NCBI GenBank assembly: GCA_963739455.1
Contig: CAVUAK010000001.1
Span: 1,536,001 to 1,600,000, forward strand
DNA length: 64,000 nt
Reading direction: 5' to 3'
Source: an uncultured Gemmatimonadales bacterium
GTDB taxonomy: Bacteria; Gemmatimonadota; Gemmatimonadetes; Gemmatimonadales; GWC2-71-9
Below the pieces are notes generated by a model. It was not told the origin of the DNA. It searched no databases and worked only from the letters and a program-made list of their open reading frames with translations. The stretch's first letter is position 1. Each line of letters begins with the position of its first letter. Shown here piece after piece: positions 30,249 to 40,067 of this stretch. Both the position numbers and the translations under genes were made by a program.

Positions 30249-31250
30249 GTGCCAAATACGGTGTCGACGGCGCAACTAGCAAAGCTTCCCGTCACGCGGC
30301 TATGGCTGTACGTCGGGCTTCTGGCGGTCGTGACGCTGGGCGCGGGGGCGTACGGATTGCGCCGTGACGGCATTTTCGCTTGCCAGGCCGCTGGCTACCA
30401 GTCGGGCAGGTATCTCTCGCTCTGCGATGCGGAGAGCTACGGGGACTACGATCATGGAGCCTTCTGGTTCGGGCTCGAGCCCGTCGCGAGTGCCCATGCC
30501 CAAGACGCCGAGGTGCTCTTTCTCGGGAATAGCCGCATGCAACTGGCGCTCTCAACCGATGTGACGGCTCGCTGGTTCGCCGGAGCGTCCGCCAGCTACT
30601 ACCTGCTCGGCTTCTCACACAGCGAAACCGTGAATTTCGTCGCGCCGTTGTTGCGCGCACTGCAGCCGCGTGCCAAGGTCTACGTGATCAACCTCGATCG
30701 CTTCTTCACCAAGGTGGTCACCGACCCTGCTCGCGTGGTCATGCGCGACGGTGCCGCGCCGGGGCGCTACAAGCAGAAGCGTGAGTGGCAGGTGCTGCAC
30801 CGCGCGACCTGCAGCCGGTTGCCTGCCATCTGCCGGGACGCGCCCGCCTTCTTTCGCTTTCCAGAGACCGGGGCGTGGATCGTCGCCGGCGGAGAGAAGC
30901 GCCCCAAGCCCACCTCCTACGCAGACGCGGTTGACGATGAGCTGCTCCAGGTCTATCTGGCAAACGGGGGGGATTTCATCTCGCATCTACCGGTACCTGA
31001 GGAATGTGTCCTCCTGACGATGGTGCCGACTGTTGGCACGCCGGTCGCAACCGGGGAGGCGTTTGCCGACTCCGTCGGGCGCCGCTTTGTCGCGCCGGTA
31101 CTCGACAGCCTCAACACCTTCGACCAGTCGCACCTCGACTCCGCCAGTGCCCAGCGCTGGTCCCAGGCCTTCTTCGACGCAGCAGGCCCGTTCATACAAA
31201 AGTGCCTCGCTGATGCGAGTGGGGTGCTGCCGACCCCGGATGCCCGCTGA
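30249..31250 (+). CDS. Membrane-anchored SGNH-like protein (DltD/AlgJ/AlgX-like)
   Basis: N-terminal TM helix, FLGNSR (GxS block) and FDQSHL (DxxH); coupled to the FkbH gene. Confidence 0.6.
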   Translation: MPNTVSTAQLAKLPVTRLWLYVGLLAVVTLGAGAYGLRRDGIFACQAAGYQSGRYLSLCDAESYGDYDHGAFWFGLEPVASAHAQDAEVLFLGNSRMQLALSTDVTARWFAGASASYYLLGFSHSETVNFVAPLLRALQPRAKVYVINLDRFFTKVVTDPARVVMRDGAAPGRYKQKREWQVLHRATCSRLPAICRDAPAFFRFPETGAWIVAGGEKRPKPTSYADAVDDELLQVYLANGGDFISHLPVPEECVLLTMVPTVGTPVATGEAFADSVGRRFVAPVLDSLNTFDQSHLDSASAQRWSQAFFDAAGPFIQKCLADASGVLPTPDAR

Positions 31251-33142
31251 TGCAGTGGCTGCCCCCATGTGCCGACGTGCGATCCGCATTGCACGAAGCA
31301 ATGGCCGCCCCGGAGGTCAAGCGTCTTGCCAAGCTCGCAGCATTGGCCGGCCACCGACTTAGCTACTTTGAGATTCTTCAACTCGACCGCGCAGTGTCGC
31401 GACTCGTTGCTGATCCGCCGACGGGCTGGGCGAGGGTTCGCTTGGCGATCATCGGATCGGCGACGCTCAATCATCTGGCGCCGGCCATCCGTGTCGCTGG
31501 ACTCCGGCGGCAGGTGCTCTTCGACACCTTTGTCGGCCACTATGGACAGTATCGGCAGGAGGTACTCGACCGCACGTCCGAGTTGCATCAGTTCGCGCCC
31601 GAGGTAGTGCTCCTGTCGCTTGGCGCGGGGCAGCTCGTCGGTAGCGTACCACTAGGAGCGACGTCGAGTGAGGCGGAATGTGCGCTGGGCACCGCGCTCG
31701 ACGAGTTGGGCCAGCTCTGGCGAAGCATCCAGCAATCACTGGGCGCCGATGTCATTCAACAGACATTCCTCGACGTGGCGGAGCCGGTGTTCGGCAGCTT
31801 CGAGGCGCGCGTGCCGGGGTCGGCGGCAAGCCTTACGGCACAATTGAATGCCCGGATCGCGGCGGCGTCGGCCACGGCGGGGGTACATCTCCTTGATATC
31901 GCTCGGCAGGTCCAGCGGGACGGACTGTCACGGTGGTACGACCTGTCCCGCTGGCTCCAGGCAAAGATGGAGATTGCGCCGTCTGCCACACCGATGTTTG
32001 GCGAGCTGGTCGCCCGTGTGATCGCGGCCCAGCGAGGCCTGTCCAGGAAGTGCCTCGTCCTCGACCTCGACAACACCTTGTGGGGTGGTGTCATTGGTGA
32101 CGATGGGATCGGCGGCATCGTGCTCGGTGAGGGGAGCGCGGCTGGCGAGGCACACCTCGCACTGCAACGCTACGCACGTCAGCTGGGCGAGCGCGGCGTC
32201 ATCCTGGCCGTTTGTTCGAAGAACGATCCCGCCATCGCAGAGGCAGCTTTTCGCGATCATCCAGAGATGGTGCTCCGGCCGCCAGATATCGCGGTCTTCA
32301 TCGCCAACTGGGAAGACAAGGCGGTGAACCTGAAGCGCATTGCGTCTCGACTTAACATCGGCGTAGACAGCCTGGTGTTTGTCGACGACAATCCGGCGGA
32401 GCGCGACCGGGTCAGGCAGGCCCTGCCGGGAGTAGCGGTGCCAGAATTACCGGGCGACGTTGCGGGCTATGTGGGGTGTCTCGCCGATGCAGGCTACTTC
32501 GAGGCGATTGCCTTTACCACCGAGGATCGGCAGCGCGGCGAACAGTATGCGGCCAACGCAGCTCGAGAGGCCCTGCTGGAAGCATCAGGCGGCATGGATG
32601 AATACCTGCGCAGCCTGGGCATGGTACTCGATCATGCACCCTTCCAGGATGTGGACCAGGCGCGCGTTACGCAGCTCATCAACAAGACGAACCAGTTCAA
32701 CCCCACGACGCGCCGCTACACCCAGAAGGAGGTATCCGCGGTGAGCACGTCGCCCGTTTGCCTCACACTGCAGCTTCGGCTCGCTGATCGCTTCGGTGAC
32801 AACGGGCTCGTGAGTGCACTCATCCTGCAGCCAGTCGAGGGACGGGCGGATCAACTCGAGATGGATACGTGGGTAATGAGTTGCCGCGTCTTCGGGCGCC
32901 AACTCGAGCACGAGGCGCTCAACCTGGTGGTGGAAGCGGCCCGTTCGCGCGGCGTAACGTCACTGCGGGCGGACTACCTGCCCACCGCAAAGAACGGCGT
33001 CGTCGGCGACCTTTACCCCCGTCTCGGGTTCCGCGCCGCGGAAGAGGTCGCGTCCGTCCCCGGGGCGACCCGGTGGGTCCTGGATCTGGCGGACTATGCG
33101 CCGCTGTCCAGTCACATTGTTCGCAAGGGAGGCTCGGCATGA
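31250..33142 (+). CDS. FkbH-like HAD-IIIC phosphatase / glyceryl transferase
   Basis: VLDLDNTLWGG, CSKND, FVDDNPAER, KTNQFN, DRFGDNG, MSCRV. Confidence 0.92.
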   Translation: MQWLPPCADVRSALHEAMAAPEVKRLAKLAALAGHRLSYFEILQLDRAVSRLVADPPTGWARVRLAIIGSATLNHLAPAIRVAGLRRQVLFDTFVGHYGQYRQEVLDRTSELHQFAPEVVLLSLGAGQLVGSVPLGATSSEAECALGTALDELGQLWRSIQQSLGADVIQQTFLDVAEPVFGSFEARVPGSAASLTAQLNARIAAASATAGVHLLDIARQVQRDGLSRWYDLSRWLQAKMEIAPSATPMFGELVARVIAAQRGLSRKCLVLDLDNTLWGGVIGDDGIGGIVLGEGSAAGEAHLALQRYARQLGERGVILAVCSKNDPAIAEAAFRDHPEMVLRPPDIAVFIANWEDKAVNLKRIASRLNIGVDSLVFVDDNPAERDRVRQALPGVAVPELPGDVAGYVGCLADAGYFEAIAFTTEDRQRGEQYAANAAREALLEASGGMDEYLRSLGMVLDHAPFQDVDQARVTQLINKTNQFNPTTRRYTQKEVSAVSTSPVCLTLQLRLADRFGDNGLVSALILQPVEGRADQLEMDTWVMSCRVFGRQLEHEALNLVVEAARSRGVTSLRADYLPTAKNGVVGDLYPRLGFRAAEEVASVPGATRWVLDLADYAPLSSHIVRKGGSA

Positions 33143-33381
33143 CGGAGGAGGAGATCCTTGAACGTTACACCCGGCTCTTGCGCGACCTGCTCTTGGATGA
33201 GTCGATCGTGCTGGGGATGGACACGCGCCGCGATGAAGTCACAGGCTGGGATTCCTTCACCTACGTGAACTTCATTGTCACAGCGGAAATGGAGTTCGGT
33301 GTCAAGTTCGGGGTGGCGGAGATCGAGTCCTTTGAGAATGTCGGTGCGGTCGTTCGCCGCACCAAGGCATTGCTCGGCTGA
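33139..33381 (+). CDS. Acyl carrier protein
   Basis: 80 aa acidic protein with GWDSF phosphopantetheine motif and EMEFGVKF; GGAGG RBS; ATGA overlap. Confidence 0.88.
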   Translation: MTEEEILERYTRLLRDLLLDESIVLGMDTRRDEVTGWDSFTYVNFIVTAEMEFGVKFGVAEIESFENVGAVVRRTKALLG

Positions 33382-35009
33382 TGCTCTTCAACAGCTACGA
33401 GTTCATCTTCGTCTTCCTGCCGCTTACACTGGCGTGCTACTTCTTGCTTGGTCGCCGGTCCCGGGGTGGGGCGCTGCGATGGATCATCCTGGCGTCGCTC
33501 GGCTTCTATGCCTGGTGGCGGCCGGTCAACGTACTGATTATCGCGCCTTCCATCCTCATCAATTTCGCCCTGGCGCGGATGCTTCAGCGCTTGGTGCGAG
33601 ATGGGCACGCGAGCAGGGCGCGGGCCGTGCTGATAGTCGGGCTCATCTTCAACGTGGCCTTCCTGGGCTACTTCAAGTACGCCAATTTTGCGACGGACGT
33701 CGTGAACGACGTGACGGGTACGAACTTTGTCTTGGCCCGAATCATCCTGCCGCTCGGCCTCTCGTTCATCACCTTCCAGAAGATTGCCTTCCTCATCGAC
33801 GTGCACGCCAGGCGCGTTGAGGAATTTTCGCTGCAGGATTACTGCCTGTTCGTCCTGTTCTTCCCGCAGCTGATCGCGGGTCCGATCGTGCACTACCGCG
33901 AGATGATGCCGCAGTTCCAGAAGCTTTCTGGGCGGCCCGAGCCGATGGACTTCGCGGTCGGCCTGACCCTCTTTGCCTTTGGTCTCTTCAAAAAGGTTGT
34001 TCTCGCCGACCGCATCGCACCGATGGTCAGCGAGATCTTCGGCCATGCGGCGACGGGGGCTCCTACCACGCTTCTGACGTCCTGGCTGGCGGCGATCGGG
34101 TTCACCTTCCAGATCTACTTCGATTTTGCCGGCTATTCCGACATGGCGCTCGGACTTGCCCGCCTCTTCGGCGTGCGATTCCCGCCGAACTTCGATTCCC
34201 CCCTCAAGGCGTCGAACATCGTCGACTTCTGGCTGCGCTGGCACATGACGCTGACGCGGTTCCTGACGGGCTACCTCTACAACCCGCTGGCGCTGGCGCT
34301 CACGCGGCGGCGGCTGGCGGCGGGACATGCTGGTCTGTTGGGCGGTCGCACGTCGGTCTGGGCGTTCATGCAGTTGCTCGTATTCCCCACATTGCTGACG
34401 ATGCTCGTCTCGGGGTTCTGGCATGGCGCGGGGTATCTGTTCCTGCTGTGGGGACTCCTGCACGGCGTCTACCTGTCCATCAACCACGCGTGGCGAATGT
34501 TTGGGGTCAGGCAATTCCGTGACAAGGCGCGCTATCTCCGCATCATGAAGCCCATCGGTTTCGCGCTCACATTCGGCTGTGTCGTTGTCTCGATGGTGAT
34601 CTTCCGGTCCGACAATCTTTTGTCAGCGCACTCGATGCTCATCGGGATGACGGGCCTGAGTGGTATCGCACTGCCCGATGCCATCCACAGCCGGCTCGGT
34701 CCACTGGCCGGCATCATGGACAAGCTCGGGGTAACGGGCAAGCTCGAAGTCGATGTAGACCTCCGGCTCATGGTGGTAAAGGTCGGCCTCCTCGGCTTCA
34801 TCGCGCTGCTTTGTCCGAATACCCTGCGCCTCATGGCGCGCTACGAGCCGGCGCTCGGCATCGGACCTGAGCCCACCGAGCGTCTGTTACGTTCGGGTCG
34901 CTTCGCCTGGCGCCCGTCCCTGGCCTGGGCACTCGTGGCGTGCGCGGTGATGGCGCTTGGCGTAATGCGGCTGGGCGGTCGGAGCGAGTTTCTCTACTGG
35001 CAATTCTAG
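33381..35009 (+). CDS. MBOAT family O-acyltransferase (AlgI/DltB-like)
   Basis: MLFNS, YFKY, LPLGLSFITFQ, FPQLIAGPI, QIYFDFAGYSDMA, FWLRWHMTL, SGFWHGA. Confidence 0.93.
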   Translation: MLFNSYEFIFVFLPLTLACYFLLGRRSRGGALRWIILASLGFYAWWRPVNVLIIAPSILINFALARMLQRLVRDGHASRARAVLIVGLIFNVAFLGYFKYANFATDVVNDVTGTNFVLARIILPLGLSFITFQKIAFLIDVHARRVEEFSLQDYCLFVLFFPQLIAGPIVHYREMMPQFQKLSGRPEPMDFAVGLTLFAFGLFKKVVLADRIAPMVSEIFGHAATGAPTTLLTSWLAAIGFTFQIYFDFAGYSDMALGLARLFGVRFPPNFDSPLKASNIVDFWLRWHMTLTRFLTGYLYNPLALALTRRRLAAGHAGLLGGRTSVWAFMQLLVFPTLLTMLVSGFWHGAGYLFLLWGLLHGVYLSINHAWRMFGVRQFRDKARYLRIMKPIGFALTFGCVVVSMVIFRSDNLLSAHSMLIGMTGLSGIALPDAIHSRLGPLAGIMDKLGVTGKLEVDVDLRLMVVKVGLLGFIALLCPNTLRLMARYEPALGIGPEPTERLLRSGRFAWRPSLAWALVACAVMALGVMRLGGRSEFLYWQF

Positions 35010-37138
35010 TGGCGAGTGCTCCCCGGACCCGGGATATCAAAGACGAAGAGCACCGATCCCGCTGCGATGGCGAGGCGCAACCTCCCGTCAACGCGGAAGA
35101 CAATTGGCGCGCCGCGGATGGGTGCACCGAGGTTGGCATGCCAGACCCGCTCCCCGCTCAGGGCATCGAGGGCGAAGAAGGTGTGACTCTGGCCCCCGAG
35201 GACAATCCGGTCCCCGATGGCGAGAAGGCCACCGGTGGTTTCGGCTCGATTCTCGAACGCGGGCGTTCTCCATCGAATGCGCCCCGAGGCGAGGTCGAGG
35301 CCTACGACCGAGAGCGGGCGGTTCTCACCCGGAATCGGCTGCGTGCGTCCGCCGGCGTACTGGCCGTCCTCGGTGAGGATCGTGGAGTCCCTAAAGAAGA
35401 TGGATCCACCCTCCTGGATGGCCACGAACATCAGGCCGAGTCGGCTGCTGTAGGTCGCTGGCCACCAGCTGGTCGCGCCGGCAATGCCGGGGTACACCGC
35501 GGCGCCCCGGATCGTTGGCCGTGATGAAGGACGGACCTTCGGTCGGCCCGATGGCTCGAAGCCGTAGTTCCAGGTCTGGCGCGTGAAGGGAGTCGCCCGG
35601 AGAAACTCTCCCGTCGTGCGGTCCAGGACGTAGAAGAACCCGTTCCGGTTGGCCCAGAGAAGCAGGGCACGGTTCTGGCCCTGCCAAGGAGCGTCCACAA
35701 GAATCGGGATCTGGCTGGCATCCCAGTCGTTCGCATCCGACGGCGTGAACTGGAAGGCCCAGCGAAGCTTGCCCGTGTCGATATCCAGGGCGATGGCGGA
35801 ACTGGTGTAAAGATTGTCGCCAGGGCGGACGTCGGGTGCGAAGCCGGGCGCGGGATTCCCGACGCCCCAATAGAGGAGCCGGCGCACCGGGTCGTACGCA
35901 CCGGGCACCCAGGTGGCTCCGCCGCGTGGCGCTGCGGCAGCCGGAGGCCAGGTCTCGCGCCCCGGTTCGCCTGCCTGGGGAAGGGTGTGAAAACGCCAGA
36001 GGCGTTGGCCGGTCCGCGGTTCGTAAGCATCCAGGAATGCGCTCGCTCCGAGGTCACCGCCCCCGACGCCGACTATGAGGTGGCCATCCACGACGAGTGG
36101 GGCGCTTGTGATGCTGATTCCGTCGGCGGCTTTGCCGACGGCCACATCCCATTGCTTACGCCCGGTGGCAAGGTCCAAGGCTATTAGGTGGGCATCCAGC
36201 GTGCCGACGAAGACGAGCGTGTCCAGCACGGCGACACCGCGATTACTGCGCGTGCAGCAGAGGCGTGGTGAGGCCATCGGCTCACGAGCGAACCGCCACA
36301 CGACGTTTCCGGTTCGCTGGTCGAGGGCAAGAACTTCCTGTGCCGAGGTAACGATCAGGAGCCCGCGTATCGCGAGGGGCGTTGTCTGTGATGGGGAAGG
36401 ATCGGCGGAGAACTGATGAGCCCAGAGGAGATGCATCTGACCCAGGGACTCGGTCGTGAGCTCTGGCACGTCGCGATTGCGCTGACCGGAAAATCCACCG
36501 GTGTAGCTCAACCATTCCGCTGTGTTGGTGTCCGCGCCGGCGAGCTCAAGCATGGTCACCGGAACCGCTTTCCGTCGGCCAGCCCCCGCCTCGCGGCCGC
36601 CGGGGTCGCGCTGCAGTTCGCGAAGGTAGGCGATGACCTTCCAGGTGTCGATGAACGAGAGGCCGGTCGGCGCCATGGCAGTCGACGGAATGCCGTCCTG
36701 CAGCACACGGAACACGGCCCAGTCATTTGCGCTGCGGTGTCGCGGACCCTCTGCGAGGGCCGGCCCATGACCGCCTTCCCCGCTCGAGCCATGGCACTGG
36801 GCGCAATGCGTCGCGAAGATCTGCCTGCCGGCGTCGGTTTCGGATGCCAGTTGGTCGGGCAGGGAGAGCGCGGCGCTCGGGTTGAGGCTATTCTCCAGAG
36901 CGGCCAGGTCAAAGCCACGCCGGGTCGTGAGGAGCTCGAGCAGTTCACGCGGGCGCACGCCGGGGAGTTGGCCCGCGAGCTTCAGGGCACCGAGATGAAT
37001 TCGGAGGCGGACTTTGGTTGGCGCTGCCCATCCGAGGATCGCGATGATCGCCAGCGCGAGCATGACCCAGCGCAGGCTCCGGAGTTGACGCTTGGGGCCA
37101 GAAAAAGTCGCCAGCGAACGGTCTCCGGTCTCGGTCAC
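35006..37138 (-). CDS. PQQ-dependent dehydrogenase with N-terminal cytochrome c domain
   Basis: TM anchor, CAQCH heme motif, LCC..NRG, GNPAP, GDNLY, DWDA, NRNGFFYVLDR. Start uncertain (37063-37246). Confidence 0.85.
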   Translation of the reverse strand: MTETGDRSLATFSGPKRQLRSLRWVMLALAIIAILGWAAPTKVRLRIHLGALKLAGQLPGVRPRELLELLTTRRGFDLAALENSLNPSAALSLPDQLASETDAGRQIFATHCAQCHGSSGEGGHGPALAEGPRHRSANDWAVFRVLQDGIPSTAMAPTGLSFIDTWKVIAYLRELQRDPGGREAGAGRRKAVPVTMLELAGADTNTAEWLSYTGGFSGQRNRDVPELTTESLGQMHLLWAHQFSADPSPSQTTPLAIRGLLIVTSAQEVLALDQRTGNVVWRFAREPMASPRLCCTRSNRGVAVLDTLVFVGTLDAHLIALDLATGRKQWDVAVGKAADGISITSAPLVVDGHLIVGVGGGDLGASAFLDAYEPRTGQRLWRFHTLPQAGEPGRETWPPAAAAPRGGATWVPGAYDPVRRLLYWGVGNPAPGFAPDVRPGDNLYTSSAIALDIDTGKLRWAFQFTPSDANDWDASQIPILVDAPWQGQNRALLLWANRNGFFYVLDRTTGEFLRATPFTRQTWNYGFEPSGRPKVRPSSRPTIRGAAVYPGIAGATSWWPATYSSRLGLMFVAIQEGGSIFFRDSTILTEDGQYAGGRTQPIPGENRPLSVVGLDLASGRIRWRTPAFENRAETTGGLLAIGDRIVLGGQSHTFFALDALSGERVWHANLGAPIRGAPIVFRVDGRLRLAIAAGSVLFVFDIPGPGSTRH

Positions 37139-37233
37139 TTTGGCCGTGCCTGCAAGTCCTGTTCCCGGTGTTTGTCGAATGGCATGCTGTTGAGCCCATC
37201 GTCCCGCCGTGCTGCCCGTGGGAGTGCGCACTA

Positions 37234-38460
37234 GTGCGCATCGCAATCCTCACGGCCGGATTTCCGGTGCTCTCCGAGACATTTATCGTTGACCACATTG
37301 TTGGGCTGTCGCAGCGTGGGCACTCCGTTGACGTCTACCCGTCGGAGCTGGTGCCCCATCAGGAAAGCGCGTGCGATGCGCAATGTACGGCCGCGATGCG
37401 GCTCGTTCGTCGGCCATCAAACGAAAACCTCCCTCCACATTCAAGGGCGGCCCTGGTTGGCCGTGCGTGGCTGAGTTGTTCCGCGTCCGAGCGGCGTGCC
37501 TTGACTTCTACGATCATGGAGGAATGGCGCGTTGGCGGTCGTGTGCAACTGCGAATCGCGACGCGGGCGGTCGCTTTCCTGCCGAGGCGCCGGTTCGACG
37601 TGATACACTGCCACTTCGGTGACATTGGAGAGAGGGCGGCCCAGCTCGCGCGCTTGGGCGTGCTCGATGGCCCGATCGTGACCTCCTTTCATGGCTATGA
37701 TGTCTCGTCGTTGCCTCGTGCTGTGGGTCCGAATCTCTATCGAGAGTTGTTCGTGCGAGGTGCCGCCTTTGTCGCGGTGAGCGGTCATGTGCGCAACAGG
37801 CTACTGCAGCTGAACGCGCCTCCGGATAAGACTCTCGTCATTCGGCTTGGGATTGACCTCGAGCGATTTCGTGTCACCGATACTCCGGGGAACGATGCTC
37901 GGCCGACGCGGCTGGTGAGCGTGGGGCGCATGGTTGACAAGAAGGGGCATGACACGGCGATACGTGCCGTGGTGCGGGCCCGCGCGCTGGGCGCCGCTGT
38001 CGAGCTCACGGTAATCGGCGACGGCCCCAAGCGCGCGGAACTGGAGGCGCTGATCGCGGAGCTCGACTGCAGTTCAATGGTGTCACTCCTCGGTGCGGCG
38101 CCGCGCGCCACCGTGCAGGAGGTGTTGGGTCGCTGCCATGCCTTCCTCATGGCCAGTCGGACCGCCGCCGATGGTGATCAGGAGGGGCTACCCGTCGCCC
38201 TGATGGAGGCTATGGCGCGAGGCCTGCCTGTGGTGGCAACGCGGCACGGTGCCATTCCGGAGCTGGTCGAGGACGGGGTCTCGGGTCTCCTCGCCGATGA
38301 AGATGATGTCGAAGGCCTGGCAACGAGCATTGCCAGACTGGCACGAAGCCCAAGTGAGCGCCGGACCATGGGGCGTGCCGCGCGCGTCGCGGTTTCACGT
38401 CAGCACGACGCGACCCGGCAACTCGACGAGCTGGAGCGCTTGTACCGGACTCTCGCATGA
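37234..38460 (+). CDS. Glycosyltransferase family 4 (WcaL-like)
   Basis: FPVLSETFI, HCHFG, SFHGYD, DGDQEGLPVALMEAMA. Confidence 0.88.
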   Translation: MRIAILTAGFPVLSETFIVDHIVGLSQRGHSVDVYPSELVPHQESACDAQCTAAMRLVRRPSNENLPPHSRAALVGRAWLSCSASERRALTSTIMEEWRVGGRVQLRIATRAVAFLPRRRFDVIHCHFGDIGERAAQLARLGVLDGPIVTSFHGYDVSSLPRAVGPNLYRELFVRGAAFVAVSGHVRNRLLQLNAPPDKTLVIRLGIDLERFRVTDTPGNDARPTRLVSVGRMVDKKGHDTAIRAVVRARALGAAVELTVIGDGPKRAELEALIAELDCSSMVSLLGAAPRATVQEVLGRCHAFLMASRTAADGDQEGLPVALMEAMARGLPVVATRHGAIPELVEDGVSGLLADEDDVEGLATSIARLARSPSERRTMGRAARVAVSRQHDATRQLDELERLYRTLA

Positions 38461-40037
38461 TCTCGAAACGCGACCGACTGGACCATGCGTTCCTTTCGGG
38501 CGTCGCCTGGCTCGGCACGCTTCGTTGGGCAAGCCAGATGTCGTCCTGGGTCATCACGATCTGGGTTGCGCGGCTCCTCGGTCCCTCTGCGTATGGGATC
38601 GCGGGGATGGCCATGGTCGTCATCGGCCTTGCCGCGGTGCTGGTTGACTTCGGGCTCGGTGCGGCCGTGATCGCGTTGCCCGAGCAGCAGCGTCGGGCCC
38701 AGCAGCAGCTGCATGGCGCCGCGATCATGCTCGGTGTGTTGGGGATGGGGGCGGTGGCTGCAGCAGGTCCGGCCGTGGGGCGCTTCTACGGTGACTCGCG
38801 CGTCACGAGCGTACTGGTATGGCTCAGTCTCACCTTCGTTGTTGATGGGCTGCGCACTGTCCCGGCCGCCATCCTGACGAAGCAGCTGAAATACCGTGCT
38901 GTTGCCATCTCCGAGCTCGCGCGAACACTCGTGGCCAACATCACCACGCTGGCCTGGGCGCTCTTCCATCCAACATACTGGGCGCTGGTCGCAGGTGCCC
39001 TGGCCGGCTCGGTCGCCGCCACCATCTCCATTCTCTTCCGAGACCCCATCAGGCCGCGCTGGCCTGACCTTCACGAAGCTGAGGAGGCGTTGCGGTACAG
39101 CCGGCGCCTGCTGGTCGGTCGCTTGGCATGGTACGGCTATACGAGCTCTGACGCACTGATCGCCGGCAAGCTGCTGGGTGCACCCGCACTCGGTTCCTAT
39201 TCCTGGGCGATGAACGTGGCCCTGCTCCCCTCGGAAAAGATTACGGCGATTGTCACGAGCGCCTCACTCGCCGCGTTTGCGGCCGTCCAGGATGATGTCG
39301 CGCAGTTGCGTCGCTACTTCAGCGGGCTAACGGCCGGGCTCTCTCTCGTGATGTTCCCGACGTGTGCTGGCCTCGCCTTGGTGAGTCCCGAACTCGTGCG
39401 CACCCTTGTTGGCGCGAAATGGGACGCGGCGATCGTCCCGCTGCAGTTGCTCGCGGTTTACTCCATCTTCCGTTCAGTCACGACATTGCTGTCGCAAGTG
39501 CTCAACGTATCCGGGCAGGCAAGGTTTACCATGTGGAACGGCTTGGCCATTCTCGCGGTGCTGCCTCCATGCTTTCTGGTCGGGTCACGACTGGCAGGAA
39601 TCAATGGCATCGCCGCGGCATGGCTCGTCACGTTTCCGCTGGTCGTCGGGCCAATCCTGTTTCGCACACTACGGACTGTAGAGATGCCGCTCTTGGGCTA
39701 CTTGGTCCTCTTCCGGCCTGCGGCGCTCTCCACCCTCGTCATGGCCATAGTCGTGTGGGTTGCTGGGCTGGCCCTCGCGACGCGGCTTGCCGAAGCGCCG
39801 CGACTCTTGGCCCTGTCTTCCCTCGGTGCCTTCACGTACGCGGCGTTCCTGTGGGGCGCCTTTCCCAATACCTGGCGCACCTACGCTGGCGTCGCTCGCC
39901 GGATGATCGGGTCCCTGCGCCCATCGGCGACACCGGGGCGTGTTCCCAATGAGGTGGGAGTACCGGGGTCAAGCGAACTCACATCTGGTCTCAATGTGGT
40001 GGGCGACACCGGGAAGGCAGAACAACCAGCAGCGTGA
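38457..40037 (+). CDS. wzx: Wzx-type oligosaccharide flippase
   Basis: ARLLGPSAYG, DFGLG, about 12 TM helices, GAKW; WzxC-like architecture. Confidence 0.8.
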   Translation: MISKRDRLDHAFLSGVAWLGTLRWASQMSSWVITIWVARLLGPSAYGIAGMAMVVIGLAAVLVDFGLGAAVIALPEQQRRAQQQLHGAAIMLGVLGMGAVAAAGPAVGRFYGDSRVTSVLVWLSLTFVVDGLRTVPAAILTKQLKYRAVAISELARTLVANITTLAWALFHPTYWALVAGALAGSVAATISILFRDPIRPRWPDLHEAEEALRYSRRLLVGRLAWYGYTSSDALIAGKLLGAPALGSYSWAMNVALLPSEKITAIVTSASLAAFAAVQDDVAQLRRYFSGLTAGLSLVMFPTCAGLALVSPELVRTLVGAKWDAAIVPLQLLAVYSIFRSVTTLLSQVLNVSGQARFTMWNGLAILAVLPPCFLVGSRLAGINGIAAAWLVTFPLVVGPILFRTLRTVEMPLLGYLVLFRPAALSTLVMAIVVWVAGLALATRLAEAPRLLALSSLGAFTYAAFLWGAFPNTWRTYAGVARRMIGSLRPSATPGRVPNEVGVPGSSELTSGLNVVGDTGKAEQPAA

Positions 40038-40067
40038 AGCTGGCTACGACGCGCCGCTGGCGCCGAC

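Noticed and set aside
32869..33381. 170-aa ORF
   Set aside because: Only the last 80 aa (from ATG 33139) form the ACP; the rest overlaps FkbH out of frame.
33261..34514. 417-aa minus-strand ORF
   Set aside because: Antisense shadow of the clearly recognisable MBOAT gene.
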